Made by a program: the position numbers and the translations under genes. 64,000 bases of DNA from Paraspadella gotoi (taxonomy: Eukaryota > Animalia > Chaetognatha). The DNA is taken from positions 25,255,132 through 25,319,131 of the forward strand of contig CM119265.1 of assembly GCA_051294375.1 (NCBI GenBank). The letters run 5' to 3'. Below the pieces are notes generated by a model that saw only the letters and a list, made by a program, of their open reading frames with translations, was not told where the DNA came from and did not search any database. Of the stretch, positions 33,076 through 45,955 are shown in pieces; position 1 is the first letter of the stretch, and each line of letters opens with the position of its first letter.

Positions 33076-36000
33076 TGTAGAAGATGATGGCGTAAATATG
33101 CTAATACTAATACGATGGGTGAATTATCGTTGATAAAATATATATTATACGAAACGGTAAAATTTTAAAATTAATATAAGTATAAAAAGTTTAAATATTT
33201 TACATATATTTTCGGACGAGTTTAAAATTGAGCGAGAGAAAAGTAAACGGGCTATAAATGTTTTGAGTCCGTATTCGCGATCGTATCTAATATGGGCTCC
33301 AACCAGACAACTCCGGGATCCATTCATGCGTACTTGAACGGGATTCGAAGGGTATTGAAACCGATGCGCGCATGTGGCTCTCTATTGTGCGGCCGATGCG
33401 TCGGCTGTGCGTAACTTTGGCTAACGGTTCATAATAAGGAGACGACGCAATCCCAAAAAATCAAAAGTATGTAGTGAAACACCATCGCCATGTTTTTTTT
33501 TTTTTTTAAACAATATTGTATCATTAAAAGCTTCACGTTATGAAATTAGTTCATTCAGAGTAAAAACTCCATGCAACAACAAACAATTGGCAAGCTCACG
33601 ATCCCTCTCCACATCCATTCCTACAAACTGTCAACACCAGTCAGAACCTTGGCTGCCTCATCACAACCGACGGCGCTAAGACCCGTTTTCTCGTTATTAG
33701 TTTTTAAACTCGGTTCAACGTTGACAAAATGACTCCCGTCGACCGTAAATTTTGCTCAGAGGCGACGGAAGAAAATTATTATTATTTTTTTTTAATATCT
33801 ATGTTCGCTCGGTTATTCCGCTGAATTAAAAACTCATTTATGCACCGGAACGAGAAAAAACATTCGTCTATGAAAAAAGGAAGTTATTTAACATAGAAAT
33901 TATTTTAATTAATTCAAACAGTCCTTTAATTCTTTGCGAGAGCGTCTCTAAATTACTTTATTTGGTTTAGAAATATTGATCTATAAATTTCAAGAGGAGA
34001 AATAAGATCTGCGTTGAAAAAAGATTTTCTAAATTCTCTCCATTACCTATCTATCTTAAGATGCTTTTTTTTAAGTAAGAGTAATAAATTAATTTTTATT
34101 AAATTGATGAAATACAAATGGGAAAAAAAATAGATTGACGTACGTGGACGAGGTTTTAATTTGGAAGGATTTGCTGGTTTCGGCTAAAATTCACACGATG
34201 GGGATTTTCTGAGTAAATGAGGGTTTGAAAGAAGAAGGCGATAAACAATAGCGCAAATATCAGACCGACAAATAGTCTGCTTGAGCAATCTCATTTCCAA
34301 ACGAAGTTTTTAAGGTTTAGCGCGTATAAATAAACACCACGCTGGTGCAGGACAGTTTTTGTTATCGAGTGTGAGGAGAGAGAGAGAGAGAGAAGAGAGA
34401 GGAGAAGAGAGAGAGAGAGGACGAGATGGAGAATTGGTAAGAGTAAGAGAGGGCAAAAACAGGTCCAATTGGCAGTTCAAAATAGAGGACAATCAAAATT
34501 GCGTTTTTTCCGACCCATGAAGGGGTTTTCGCTCTTCTTATCTCTCTCTTTCCTCTCTCTCTCTCGTCCACTCTCACACACACGTTTTTTCCTTGGATTT
34601 TCCATCAATTTTTCCTTTTTTTTTCTCCCTTAAGTGTGAAGAAAATGATAGCCAGAAGCCTCTCTACCCTCAGCCGTCTTTATCCCTAAGCATACGGGGG
34701 GTGAATCGATGGCTCATCTCTTCCTTACCGAATGCATCCATTTTTCGTCCCAGGAAATTTGTCTCGACTACGAAAACTTGTTTCGACCCTCCCCTTAGTC
34801 CCCATTCTCAAACAAGGGCCCGCCCCCTTCCACTCTCCACAAAGAGCCACCTTCGCCCTCAATGGTGTCGTCAACCCTGCGCTTACCGGCTGCTTTTCGG
34901 TACTCGTACTCAACTGTTTTTCCGAGAATCAACGCACCTATGGACGCCGGAGGTAGCTCGGAGCTCTACCGACGAAAGGACTCGGGTTCGCGACAGCTGA
35001 TCGCACAATGTACGCGCGATGGGCCAGAAGACTACAGACCCAATCCGTAAGTCTTGTGAAGCGAACGGACGACGAACCTTATCGAGGTTTCCATCAATGC
35101 GACTTAACAGAGACTTACTAACCCTACCCTTGACCGCTACCCTTCCCTACCCCCTCCTCATTTCTCTCCTTCTCTCTTAACTCCATTTCCGAAATTTTCC
35201 TCGCCAATAATTGTTTTCCCTCTCTCTTTCCTTTCTTTTCTCAAATCTTAAGATTTTTTTTTCCAAAAGGAACAAGAGTTTTGTAAGTTTTAAATTATGA
35301 AATGATAGAAACTTATGATTATTTTTTTTAATAAATGCAAGCACTTGGTTCCTGACTTTGGAAAAGCTATGGAGGGTTAACGTCCCTTCGCTTCTTATGA
35401 GATTTCAAGGCAAGACTCCCGACCCAATCTCGTTTAGAAAAACTCCCAGAGTTTAGTTTAGTTTAGTAACCTCCCAGAGAACTCACTAGCTTCCCTATGC
35501 AATGAAGTTAGCTAATATTTTTTCAACGCCTATCAAATTATCAGGGGCAAGAGAAGGGGTAGTTCGAAATATCACCAGCATCTTGCATCAATCACTTGTC
35601 ATTCCAAAGGGCTACCTTCCCTGCTTCCTCCGCGGGCGCGGCGAGGGACCCTCTCGGTATCGTTCCGGCGTTCCATCCGGGCCAGAGATCGCGGACGAGA
35701 TTGAGTCTGCTCCGGGAGAAGTCCAAAGGAGGCAGAGATACGCAGAGGAATAGGAGGAGCGAGGCTGGAAGCGGCTTTTTGGGGAGGGTGGAAGTCGCCT
35801 CCAGTGGAAGAATAAACCGGGTGGGCGAGATCATGATGTAAGAGAGGTGGGAAATATTTGGGGATGGTAAGATGGCGGCGGCGATCGGGAGCGTGCGTCA
35901 GTGACGACGACGCCGCTGACGCAGCACGAAAAGATCGCAAAAACGCTCGATCCAAAAACGTGAGCTTAAATATTTCTAATCGTAGTTCACAGCGGGCTTC

Positions 36001-37624
36001 ACTCGTTGTTTGCTCTGTTCACGAACCAGCATAGAGATATATAAGGCCGATTGCGCGGGGAAAAAAATAGAATCGGCCTGTAAATCACGTAAGTTAAAAA
36101 CGTCGCCCAAAAAACCGTTCGCTCACGTTTTTTTCTTCTAGGAAAAAAAAAAAAATTTCAGGCGTTGGAATTCGTAACGGAAAAATGGCTGGCCGCTCTC
36201 TCAGGGGAACTAGAATAACGCGCGCCTGGCCGCTAATTCGCGTCGTGGGTTCGACGCGCTGATTCTGGGATTAGCTGTCGTCGTTGTCGTCGAGTTGAGC
36301 TTTCGTGCTCGTTTTCTGCGTTTTATTTTTTCACGCGGTTTTGTTTTTTTTTTTTTTTCACGTCTCTTCGTAATGTTTTTGTCTCGACTGGTCGAGGAGC
36401 GAAAGAAGTCACACAAACAACGGCGGTCGATGAAGCGATGAGAAATCAGCGGACGAGTGAGATATCAGCAGTCGGTTGGGGGGGGGCTGGAAAATAAGGA
36501 AGGCGCGAAGACTATTTCCTCGTTCTTTGTTTTGTCAGCAGATGGTCTGCTGACAAGGAATTCACGAATGATAAATGTTCCTTCGTTTTTTGGAACCTAA
36601 AGTAAGTTTTTTCAACGGGCGAGTCGATCGTTCTTGGTCCGAATGCAGTTGATGGAAAGCAGGGCGTGGAGATGAACGAGGTCACGTGGACATGACCGCG
36701 TCGTCGTCGGTCCGTCAGATTGGGAACATCCGGGAGAAGAGGAAGTAGGAATGAGGAACGACGATTTCTTGAAATTTTTTTTTAATTTCGGGTTTGAATT
36801 CACAATTTTGTTTTCATTTTAACGTTTCAAGATTCAGTTGCCGGCCTTTTTTTTCGTTTGAAGTTCAAATCGGTTTTGCTGAAAATTTAAAAAAAATCTA
36901 CATTAAATGTCAAAAAAAAATTAACGTAATGCTATCACGATAAAACTTATGTTTCTATATATCTTGAATGTTGAAAATCATTGTCGGGTGGAGATAAACT
37001 TTATGCAAAAAAATTCGTACGAAGCGAAGACGACAGAACTCAGATAGCGCGATGTGTGTCTGAACGAATGAAACGGGAAACAAATGATATGAATGAGAGA
37101 GAGAGGTGACAGAGAGAGAGAGAGAGAGAGAGAGAGATAATAGTTAATACTTTACATGATAAAACAAAATGCACAGAAACAAAGAACTTAACTAAATAAT
37201 TAAAAAAAGTTTGTTTAGGTAAAGATGTAAAAAAATTCCTGGGGAAAATCTAATGAATGGTTAAAAATCTACTTTAAGCAATTCGTAGACTGGACAACGA
37301 AATTTATTTGAAAAAGAAAGTACATATACAAAATAAAATCGGTGACAAAGAAATTGTGAGAATTGGGATACGTAAAGAAAAGTCGACATGGGGAAGTGAA
37401 AGCACCGAAGGGGAGGAGGAAGAGGAGGAGGAGGACAAACAGAGAACAGACAGAGGGAAGAGACGGGGGAATTTCTTGGAAATTCGCGGTGGCCTTGAAC
37501 TCCAAATTCCTGAGAGAATCGCGAAGAAAAATACTACTAAAATCGAAAATGGAGCGGGAAAAAAAGGTTGAGAAGAAAAAAGAAATAGAATGATGTGACA
37601 GAGAAAGAGAGAGAGAGAGAGAGA

Positions 37625-37662
<38 letters not shown>

Positions 37663-38484
37663 CAGAGAGAGAGAGAAATCAACTTTTGCTTTTCATTTGT
37701 ACGCGTTTGTCATGAATAAAGTATCGGCTGTTGTTAACAAAAGAAAAAGATATTGTTATACAATCTTAATTGGTACGATATCCAAGTTTCGCTTCTTCTG
37801 TATCTTATTAATTTCCAACAAGTATTGATCATTTGTTGGAAATACCAACGTAGGGTTTATGATTATTTTTTTATCTCACTCTTACTTTGCGGATTTTGTA
37901 GAGGCAAGCGATGAAATTTTCGAAGCACAGTCAGGTAAACAGGACTCAAGGAAACAAGGTTTAAAACATAATACGTAATTGCATTCTTTGGGATTAAAAA
38001 AACTTTAACAGATACGAATAATTGGTGTCTTTTCTCATTTCTGATGAGGCTCGACCCAACTCCACTCCCAATATCGAAAAAATTTACGTAATTGCGAGTG
38101 GAGCATTGGTCAAAGTTAAAGAAAAGAAAAGCAAAACAACAATTTTGAAATGTTTAAATTTTTTATTCTTAAAAAAACCGACTCGAGTTTTTTGAACGAA
38201 CTTTGTAGTTGTAACAAAAGAAAAAGCGGAAATAAAGAATAACAAAGATTTTTCTCTCTGCCTGTCGAATCCTGTCTGTCATCATCATCATCGTCTCTCT
38301 CTCTCTCTCGCTCCTCTCTCTCTCCTCTCTCTCTCTCTTCTCTCGTCCCTCGTATCCTTCTTCTTCTCTCTCTCGTCTTCCTCCTCTCTTTTCTTTTTCC
38401 TCCCTTTGTTCTCGTTCCTCTTTTTATTCGCTAAAGAGAATTATGTCATCAGCGGAGAGAGAAGAGAGAGAAGATGAGAGAGAG

Positions 38485-38516
<32 letters not shown>

Positions 38517-38808
38517 CGAGAGAGAGAGCAGAGAGAAAAGTTATCATAGTCAGCGTCTTAACTGAAGAAGAAAAAGATGAAAATCAGTTCAATCTTCTCA
38601 GCAAAAAAAAAGAGAAAAATTATATATATAAAAAAGAATATTAAATATTTTTTTTCTTTTCAAAACGCAAAGGAGTGGGGAAATTTTCTTTTTTCTCACG
38701 TTTCTGAATTATACATTTATAATCTTTTTTATTTCCCTCTTTTTTTATTTTAGTTCCTTTTTTTTTATGTCTTTTGTTATTTTTATCCTTCTTTCGGTTC
38801 CTCCTCTC
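33076..38808. repeat. Tandem segmental duplication, copy B (indel-rich)
   Basis: Same landmark order as copy A, with frequent 1-2 nt insertions and deletions throughout. Confidence 0.95.
34143..35834 (-). pseudogene. Frameshifted duplicate of GT31 exons 1b (34143-34294) and 1a (35616-35834)
   Basis: ASLLLFLCVSL and VRLNLVR-like remnants are spread over different frames, and the donors are corrupted. Confidence 0.7.
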
Positions 38809-39832
38809 AAGAACGTTTAACTTCGAATTTCAAAACAATGCGCTCCTTTTGGACGAAAGAAGCGAGGGGGGGGGGGGGGCTGGAGGGGGAAGGCGGAAGT
38901 GGGGCGGAAAGCGACGGGATGAAATCTTGGTTTGNNNNNNNNNNNNNNNNNNNNNNNNNTTTTAAAATATAAGTCGTAGTTTATGTTTTCTTCTAATTTT
39001 AAGTTAATCGTAAAAATGGTTGTTTAAATAAAGAAATAAAGTTTCAGCCTCATGTAAAAAAAAAAAAAACAAACAAAAAAACTAACGAAATATATTATAA
39101 AAAACTGTTACACAAAATGCACAAAAGGGTTAACAACGGTTATTCCTCCCGCTATTTTGAGACCACCGCGGCGGAGTCATGAGCCCAGCGGATGAGACCA
39201 CCCAACGCGATTCCGAAAAGACCAGTGGAAAAATTCGTTACGAGCAAAAATAGAATTAAATCAAGATTATGACAAGGTGTGACAAGGGGTGACAAGGTGT
39301 GACACGGAAAAAGCGAGACTTTGTCCCAAAATTCTTTTAAAATTTAATAGCGGAGACGGACAGACGGACAGACGGACAGACGGACAGACGGACAGAGGCT
39401 AATTTTTTGGGTGATTTCTTTTTAACTACATGTACATATACTCATTTCATTGGTTAAGTTATACTTATTTTTACATTATTATATACTTGTATATATATAT
39501 ATATATATATCATCGGACGAGCCAGCCAGTCCAACCGCCAGTCCAACAACTCGGTAAAGACAACAGGAAAGAACCTAGACAAAAAAAAGCATAAAAAAAT
39601 CCATTATTTTAAACAACAACGCAAATAAAAAAGACTACGTATACCGGGATTAAAAGAGAACAGGAAATCCACCCTCAAAAATATTTTCAAAGTCAAACTA
39701 AAAAGTTTTACTGTGAACTGCATTTGTTTTCTCAAACGGAGTGAGTGGCGACCCAAAGTATTTTTCCTTTTTTTGGGGGCTTAAACAAACTAAAAGCAAT
39801 ACTAAAATAAAAATAAAAGTCGCTACGGTTCT

Positions 39833-40179
39833 GGCCTTTTGTCAGTCGACGCCGGGCGACGCCGCTCGACACCCCCCCCCCGGCTTAGCGCTAGTCGATG
39901 CTAACAACGCCGGTCGACTTAGTTTGGCTCTGGTCGACGCCCAAAAAAAAAAGCCAGTTGACTTGGTTTAGAGTCGGTAGACCCTCATCGCTGTCAATCA
40001 AAACTGGTCGACACCTATGACGCTGTTCAACTTTATTTGGCGCCTGTGAATGCCAACGACGTATGTCAACTTGGCTCACAGCCCGTCGACGTCGTTTGAT
40101 ACCGGTTGACGCCAATGAAGCCGCTCGACTTGGTTCGGCGCCGATTTGTCGAGTCGTGACGTTGGCCGAACAAAAGACC
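39833..40179. mobile_element. MITE family 2 with GTCGAC(GCC)-rich interior
   Basis: Left ggccttttgtcagtcgacg resembles the reverse complement of the right end (ggtcttttgttcggccaacg); many internal gtcgac/gacgcc motifs. Confidence 0.5.
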
Positions 40180-40377
40180 TCAAATCAAACCCTGATTGAT
40201 TTTTTCCTTAAATAGTAGCGGAGGACCAAAGTTGGAAGAGAAGGAAGGAAGGGAGGAAGGGAGGAAAGAAAGGAAGGAAAGGAAGGAAAGGAAGGAAAGG
40301 AAGGAAAGGAAGGAAGGATGAAAGGAAGGAAAGAAGTAAGAAAGGAAGAGAAAGAAAGAAGGAAAAGAAGAAAGAAA

Positions 40378-40409
<32 letters not shown>

Positions 40410-40929
40410 TAAAAGAGAAGAGAAGGAAGGCAAGAAGCGAAGGAAGGAAGAAAGGAGAAGGAAGGATAGGAAGGAAGGAAGAAAGGAAGGAAGGAAAGGA
40501 AGGCGTTCTGAATAGATTTTTCCTCTTCCTGCTTCCCTCTCATCCAATCTACAACCGAATTGAATTTTTATTGTGTTTGTCATTGTATTTGTCTGTGTCG
40601 CTGTTAATTTTATTGACATTCATATTCGTCGTCGTCATCATCGTCTACGTCGTCATCGTCATTTTCGTCATCATCATCGTCATCTATATCGTCATCATCG
40701 TTATTATCATAATAGCCTTCATCGTCTTTGATGCAATCGTCATCGTTGTCATCGTCATCATCATCGTCTTCATCATCATCGTCATCGTCCCAGGGCGGTC
40801 GTGAGAGGGAGTCGTAATTAGTCGGTGGAGCCAAGAAGACCCGCGAGTGATTCGATTCACCCGAAGGAAGAAAAACTCGGGTTGATTCGATTTTCACGCT
40901 GAGTTGCGTGTGATTTTCTTCTCTCTCTC

Positions 40930-41029
<100 letters not shown>

Positions 41030-42383
41030 CTCGATCGACGTGAACTGTCGATTTTTCGACTTTATTAGCGTAGGACAAAAAAAAAGAAGATGTTTCAAAG
41101 GATCAAAAAGACAAAAGACAAGAAGTTTAAACAACCAAAAGTTTTAACGACAAAAGGAAAAAGGACAAAAAGACAAAAAGGGCAAAAGATGAAAAGATAA
41201 AAAGTCCAAAAGAAGTAACGACTCAACGACAAAAAGACTAAAAGACAAAAAAAAGTGGAAAAAAGACAAAAGACAAAAAGAAAAAAAAAGGTTAAAAGAC
41301 AAAAGCGCTAAAAGACGAAATGACCACGAGGCTTCGTACCATCGGCGCATTCACTCGAATGACTCGCAATAAATCGTTGGTGACCGACGGATCCCAAGAA
41401 GGTAATTTGGTGAACATCCATCTGATCGTTCTCGTTCCAGACCGTTGGTTCCTTGGTCGCAACGATACCATCTGGTCGCATTGAGTTCTTGACCAATGTT
41501 CATGGTCAACGCAAGGTCGGCGCAAGGAGGTGGCTTTGCATCATTCAGGTTGCATTTGATTTCCACCAAAGCATATACTAACAACATATAGCATATACTA
41601 ATAACATATAGCATATACTAATAACATTTCGGAGGTAAGCATTGATCATTAGCAGCTCACTATCGACGATTATTACGGTGAGAGCAATCCACGACCAGTG
41701 GTCGTCGCTGATAGAAGAAAAATTCCAGAACAATGAATCGCTTCTGTTTCTCCCGAAAAAATCAAATGGCAAAATTCCGTCCCAAAGCCTTGCAATCGGA
41801 TGGCAAATGTACGCAGCAACCTATTTTCTTACCACTTAATGAGACCGATTCGACTCATCTGACGGAATTGCTTCGTCTCTTTTCGGATCTTTGATTTTCC
41901 CATTTCCTTTGTCACAATCTCCACTCTGATCGCAAACGCGACTCTTGGCAAGAGTCTTGCCACTCTGGCCAGTCTTAGTTCACTCCCTTCACTTTCCTCG
42001 CTCTAGCCACTCCTGTCTCACACTCTAATCTTGCCAGTCTTGCCACAAACGCCACTCTGGCCACGATCGCCATTCTTATCACTTTCGCCAGAACCTCTCT
42101 CTTTGCCACTATTGCCACTCCTGCCACAATCGCCAGTTCCGATCACGACCGTCCGTCTCCATGTTTAAATCCAGACCTCCTTTCCCCTCCAAACCTTTAC
42201 CGTCCGGCAACGGTCACGCCCATCGAGAATCTTCCGGCGCCTGACGGTCAAATGGGGAACAATCGTCCGGCTGAGGTTCTGGTCGTTGTCGTTGTTATTC
42301 TTTATGCGACGAGTGGACACAAAAAATGACGAAAATGAAATGAAATGAATCGATTTAATGAATCGAATTGATGAATTTTTACT

Positions 42384-42724
42384 GCCTTATTTTCCCAGAA
42401 CGCCCCATTTTTTAGGCTGTAATTCGGAATTAGGTTAAAAATTAAAAATTAAAAATTAAAAATTAAAAATTAAAAATATAGGTTTTAGGTTAGGTTTTAG
42501 GATTAGGTTAATGATTAATGTTAAAGACTTAGTTTGTCATTAGGGTTAGGGATTTAAATTAGGCATTAATATTTAAGGTTAAAAATTAAGGATAAGGATT
42601 TCGGATTAAATTAAGGTTAGAGATAAGGGTTAGGGAATAGTTTATAAGTTTAAAAAATATTAAAGCTAAAAATAAATTTGGGAAAAACTGAATAGAAAAG
42701 GGGGCACTCTCGGAAAAGAGTGCC
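42384..42724. mobile_element. MITE family 1 copy (opposite orientation)
   Basis: gccttattttcccagaacgccccattt ... aaaagggggcactctcggaaaagagtgcc; interior of ttaggt/ttaggg-like repeats. Confidence 0.65.
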
Positions 42725-43031
42725 CCATTGGTCAAAATGATTAAGTCAAGCCCGGTCTTCACCGCTCAACGCTCAGTCACCATAGCGACCGTTTTAAAGT
42801 CTTGAGTGAATCTCGCGGGTCTCGTCACGGTGACCGCGCGGTAGCCATGGTTATCCCGAGATTATCGCGAAAATCATTTCTCATTCAGATATGTCTGAAA
42901 GAAAGTATGATTCTTACGAATCGCTCGTATATCTCAAAAGGAACAGAGTTAGATGTAAAAAAAAATGTTTTAGAAATAAAAAAATTATGATTAATTTATC
43001 TTTAGTAAAACACTAGTTATTGGATATTTCT

Positions 43032-43034
<3 letters not shown>

Positions 43035-43128
<94 letters not shown>
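43035..43128. repeat. (AAT)n microsatellite
   Basis: ~30 perfect units. Other long SSRs: (GA)n 44216-44297, (CT)n 49798-49866 and 56837-56936, (TTTC)n 59690-59765 and 63773-63852, (TTTA)n/(TTCA)n 53815-54080, (GGAA)n-like 40240-40500. Confidence 0.95.
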
Positions 43129-43130
<2 letters not shown>

Positions 43131-43699
43131 ATTTTTAAATATTTCCAATTGTAAAAATGTATATTAGAGTGGAGCACTGGGGAATATAAATTTTATTTGA
43201 GTGAACAAACAAGGATATTTAGACGTGAGATAGTATGATTAAGGAGAATAAAAAATATTTTGCTTATATTGTTATTTAGGCAGAAAGATACAATACAGGG
43301 CAATTAGGCTGTTAGATATAAATAAATTGTATTTCAAATCAGTTATAAATGAAACTATTATTTTTAACCAAAAAAAAAAAAGAAAAAGATTTTACACCGT
43401 CGCTCGGCGCGCGGATCGAAATGTAAACAAATATCAAAAACTCTGAAAGAATTTAGTTAATCTTCTTTTCTTTTCCGGATTTATGAGCGAGCGCACAGTG
43501 ATCGAAAAGAAAAGATTTAAAACGACCAAAAAGCGGAGTGCAGAAATCACTGTGCCGAAAGATTTAGGGTTTTTTGGCGCGAGAAAAATCTAATCAAAGT
43601 TGCGAAAGAAGACTGCTGATTGAAAGAGAAAAAAAAAAAAAATCAGCGTCTGAAAAGAAGAAAGAATTTCGATTATCTTATCGACTCTCTTGACCGCGA

Positions 43700-43733
<34 letters not shown>

Positions 43734-44213
43734 CGAAGAGAGAGAGAGAGAGAGAGACGCTCCTTTTTATGAGGATGGTCAGTCCGGAATTTTCGTCTAG
43801 AGGATTTTTTTTATGAGATGAGATGTTCGGGCGGTCGGTCTTTCAACCGAAATTTCGACGGTTGAAAGAGAAGGTGAATCTTTAAGCAGCGTCGCAATCA
43901 AGGTGAGTGTAGGAAAGGGTAATCGCCACATAGCATCAAATTAAACCAAGTAAAAATATACATTAATGATAATTATGGTAACGATAATCATGATAAATAT
44001 GACGTATCGCATCGCGTGGCAAGTTTTGAAATTAAAACGAAATAATTTTATAGCGTTAACTTCCGTCACACGAATTCTTAAATTCGAAAATTTTATGAAT
44101 TCATCATCGATCATTGAAGTCAGAGGACTAACATGTTTTTATTTCCTTCAAAATCTCATGCCACTTCGTAACTTATCGCGAAAATGCGTTCTTAGACTTA
44201 AAACGAAGATAGA

Positions 44214-44300
<87 letters not shown>

Positions 44301-45190
44301 CGTATCTAAAAAGATCTAAAAGTAGAAAGGACGGTAAGCAATTCAGGATTAAGGATTCAACTGCTGTGAGGAGAAAGAGAAAAAGAAGAGTGGTTGTGTC
44401 GTTGCTTTTGTTGTGATTGTCGTTTTCGCGGAGATCTTGACAAAAGGGAGAAAAAAAAAACCTGCCCCTGCGCAGACCAATTTCAGGTTCGTGTGCGACA
44501 GATCTCGAGTTCGTGGCGATAGTGTGACGACTTCTCTCTTGATTTATTGATTGGATAAAACCTGAGCGGTTTTTTAGTATTACTCAGAAATGTTATTCGT
44601 TATCAGTTTATTTATTTTATTTTTTTTTTGAATGATTACAAATTGTCGATGAGTAATGCGAAAAAAAATAGAATAAATATCACAAGGGACGAAAGTGGAT
44701 GCGCCGTCTATCTTTAAACTGGAGAAGAAGACAAGTAATAAATTTAATCTATCAATTGAGATTTAAGTATGACTCTTTCCCACAATATTTTATTATCTTC
44801 GAATTTATATCATGATCGAAGGATTAATCTTTGCGCCTTGTCAGGAACTAAAATAGCTTTCTGTCACAAAAGCAAAAGAAAGAGTTTTGACGTCGATTCC
44901 CAACGGCCCGCAGGTTTTTTCCTTCGCAATATATGTTTGTTTTTTGATAACTGTTGTCGACATTTCACTCAATTTCATTCAAAAGCCACGATTTCGTTTC
45001 GTTAAAAATAAAACCCAACGAACAGGTTGATTGAATTTGAATGAGAAAAGACATAAAAATAACCCGTGTAAAGTAAACGACCTTTAAATGTTGGAATCAC
45101 AAAACTCTCTCACCCTAAAACCATCGGATGAGTCCTTAAAACTCACACTTGTGAAGGAAAGGACGGGCGGACGTGAGTAACGGTCTTAGG

Positions 45191-45269
<79 letters not shown>

Positions 45270-45316
45270 AACAAAAGGCGTCGATCACGATATTTCGAAA
45301 TGAGTTTGAAGGGGCG

Positions 45317-45374
<58 letters not shown>

Positions 45375-45384
45375 AAGAGGAAGA

Positions 45385-45424
<40 letters not shown>

Positions 45425-45908
45425 GCGTGCAATTTTTTGCCGTGAATTGAATAGAAACCAGTTTTAATCAGCGTCGACTGTGTAATTTTTAGATTGATTC
45501 GTTCTTATACAGTTGGAAATGCGTTGCTAATTTTTCTATTTACTTTTCGAAGTATTTATTCCAGACATTTCGTGTTTTAATTCCTTTAAAAAAAATATCC
45601 AAGATTTAATGTTGATGAATGCGGGAAATGGCCGACTTGCTTTTTTTTTGTTCTTGTTTACGTTTTTTTTTTATTGTTTCTTTTTCTCGTTTTGTTTTTT
45701 GGACGAATTCGATTTTTTTCCTTCTCGTGTCAAGTCGATTGTCATGCGACGATGCGATGGAGGAGGAGAAGGAGGAGGTGGAGGAAGATGAAGAGGAAGA
45801 GGAGGTGGCGAGAGAGAGAGGATGAGCGGTCGGGAAGAAGGAGAGCTGCGTGTAAGTAGGATAACCGGTCCAGACGCAGAGAAATCCAGTAGCTTTAACT
45901 TACCTCTC

Positions 45909-45955
<47 letters not shown>

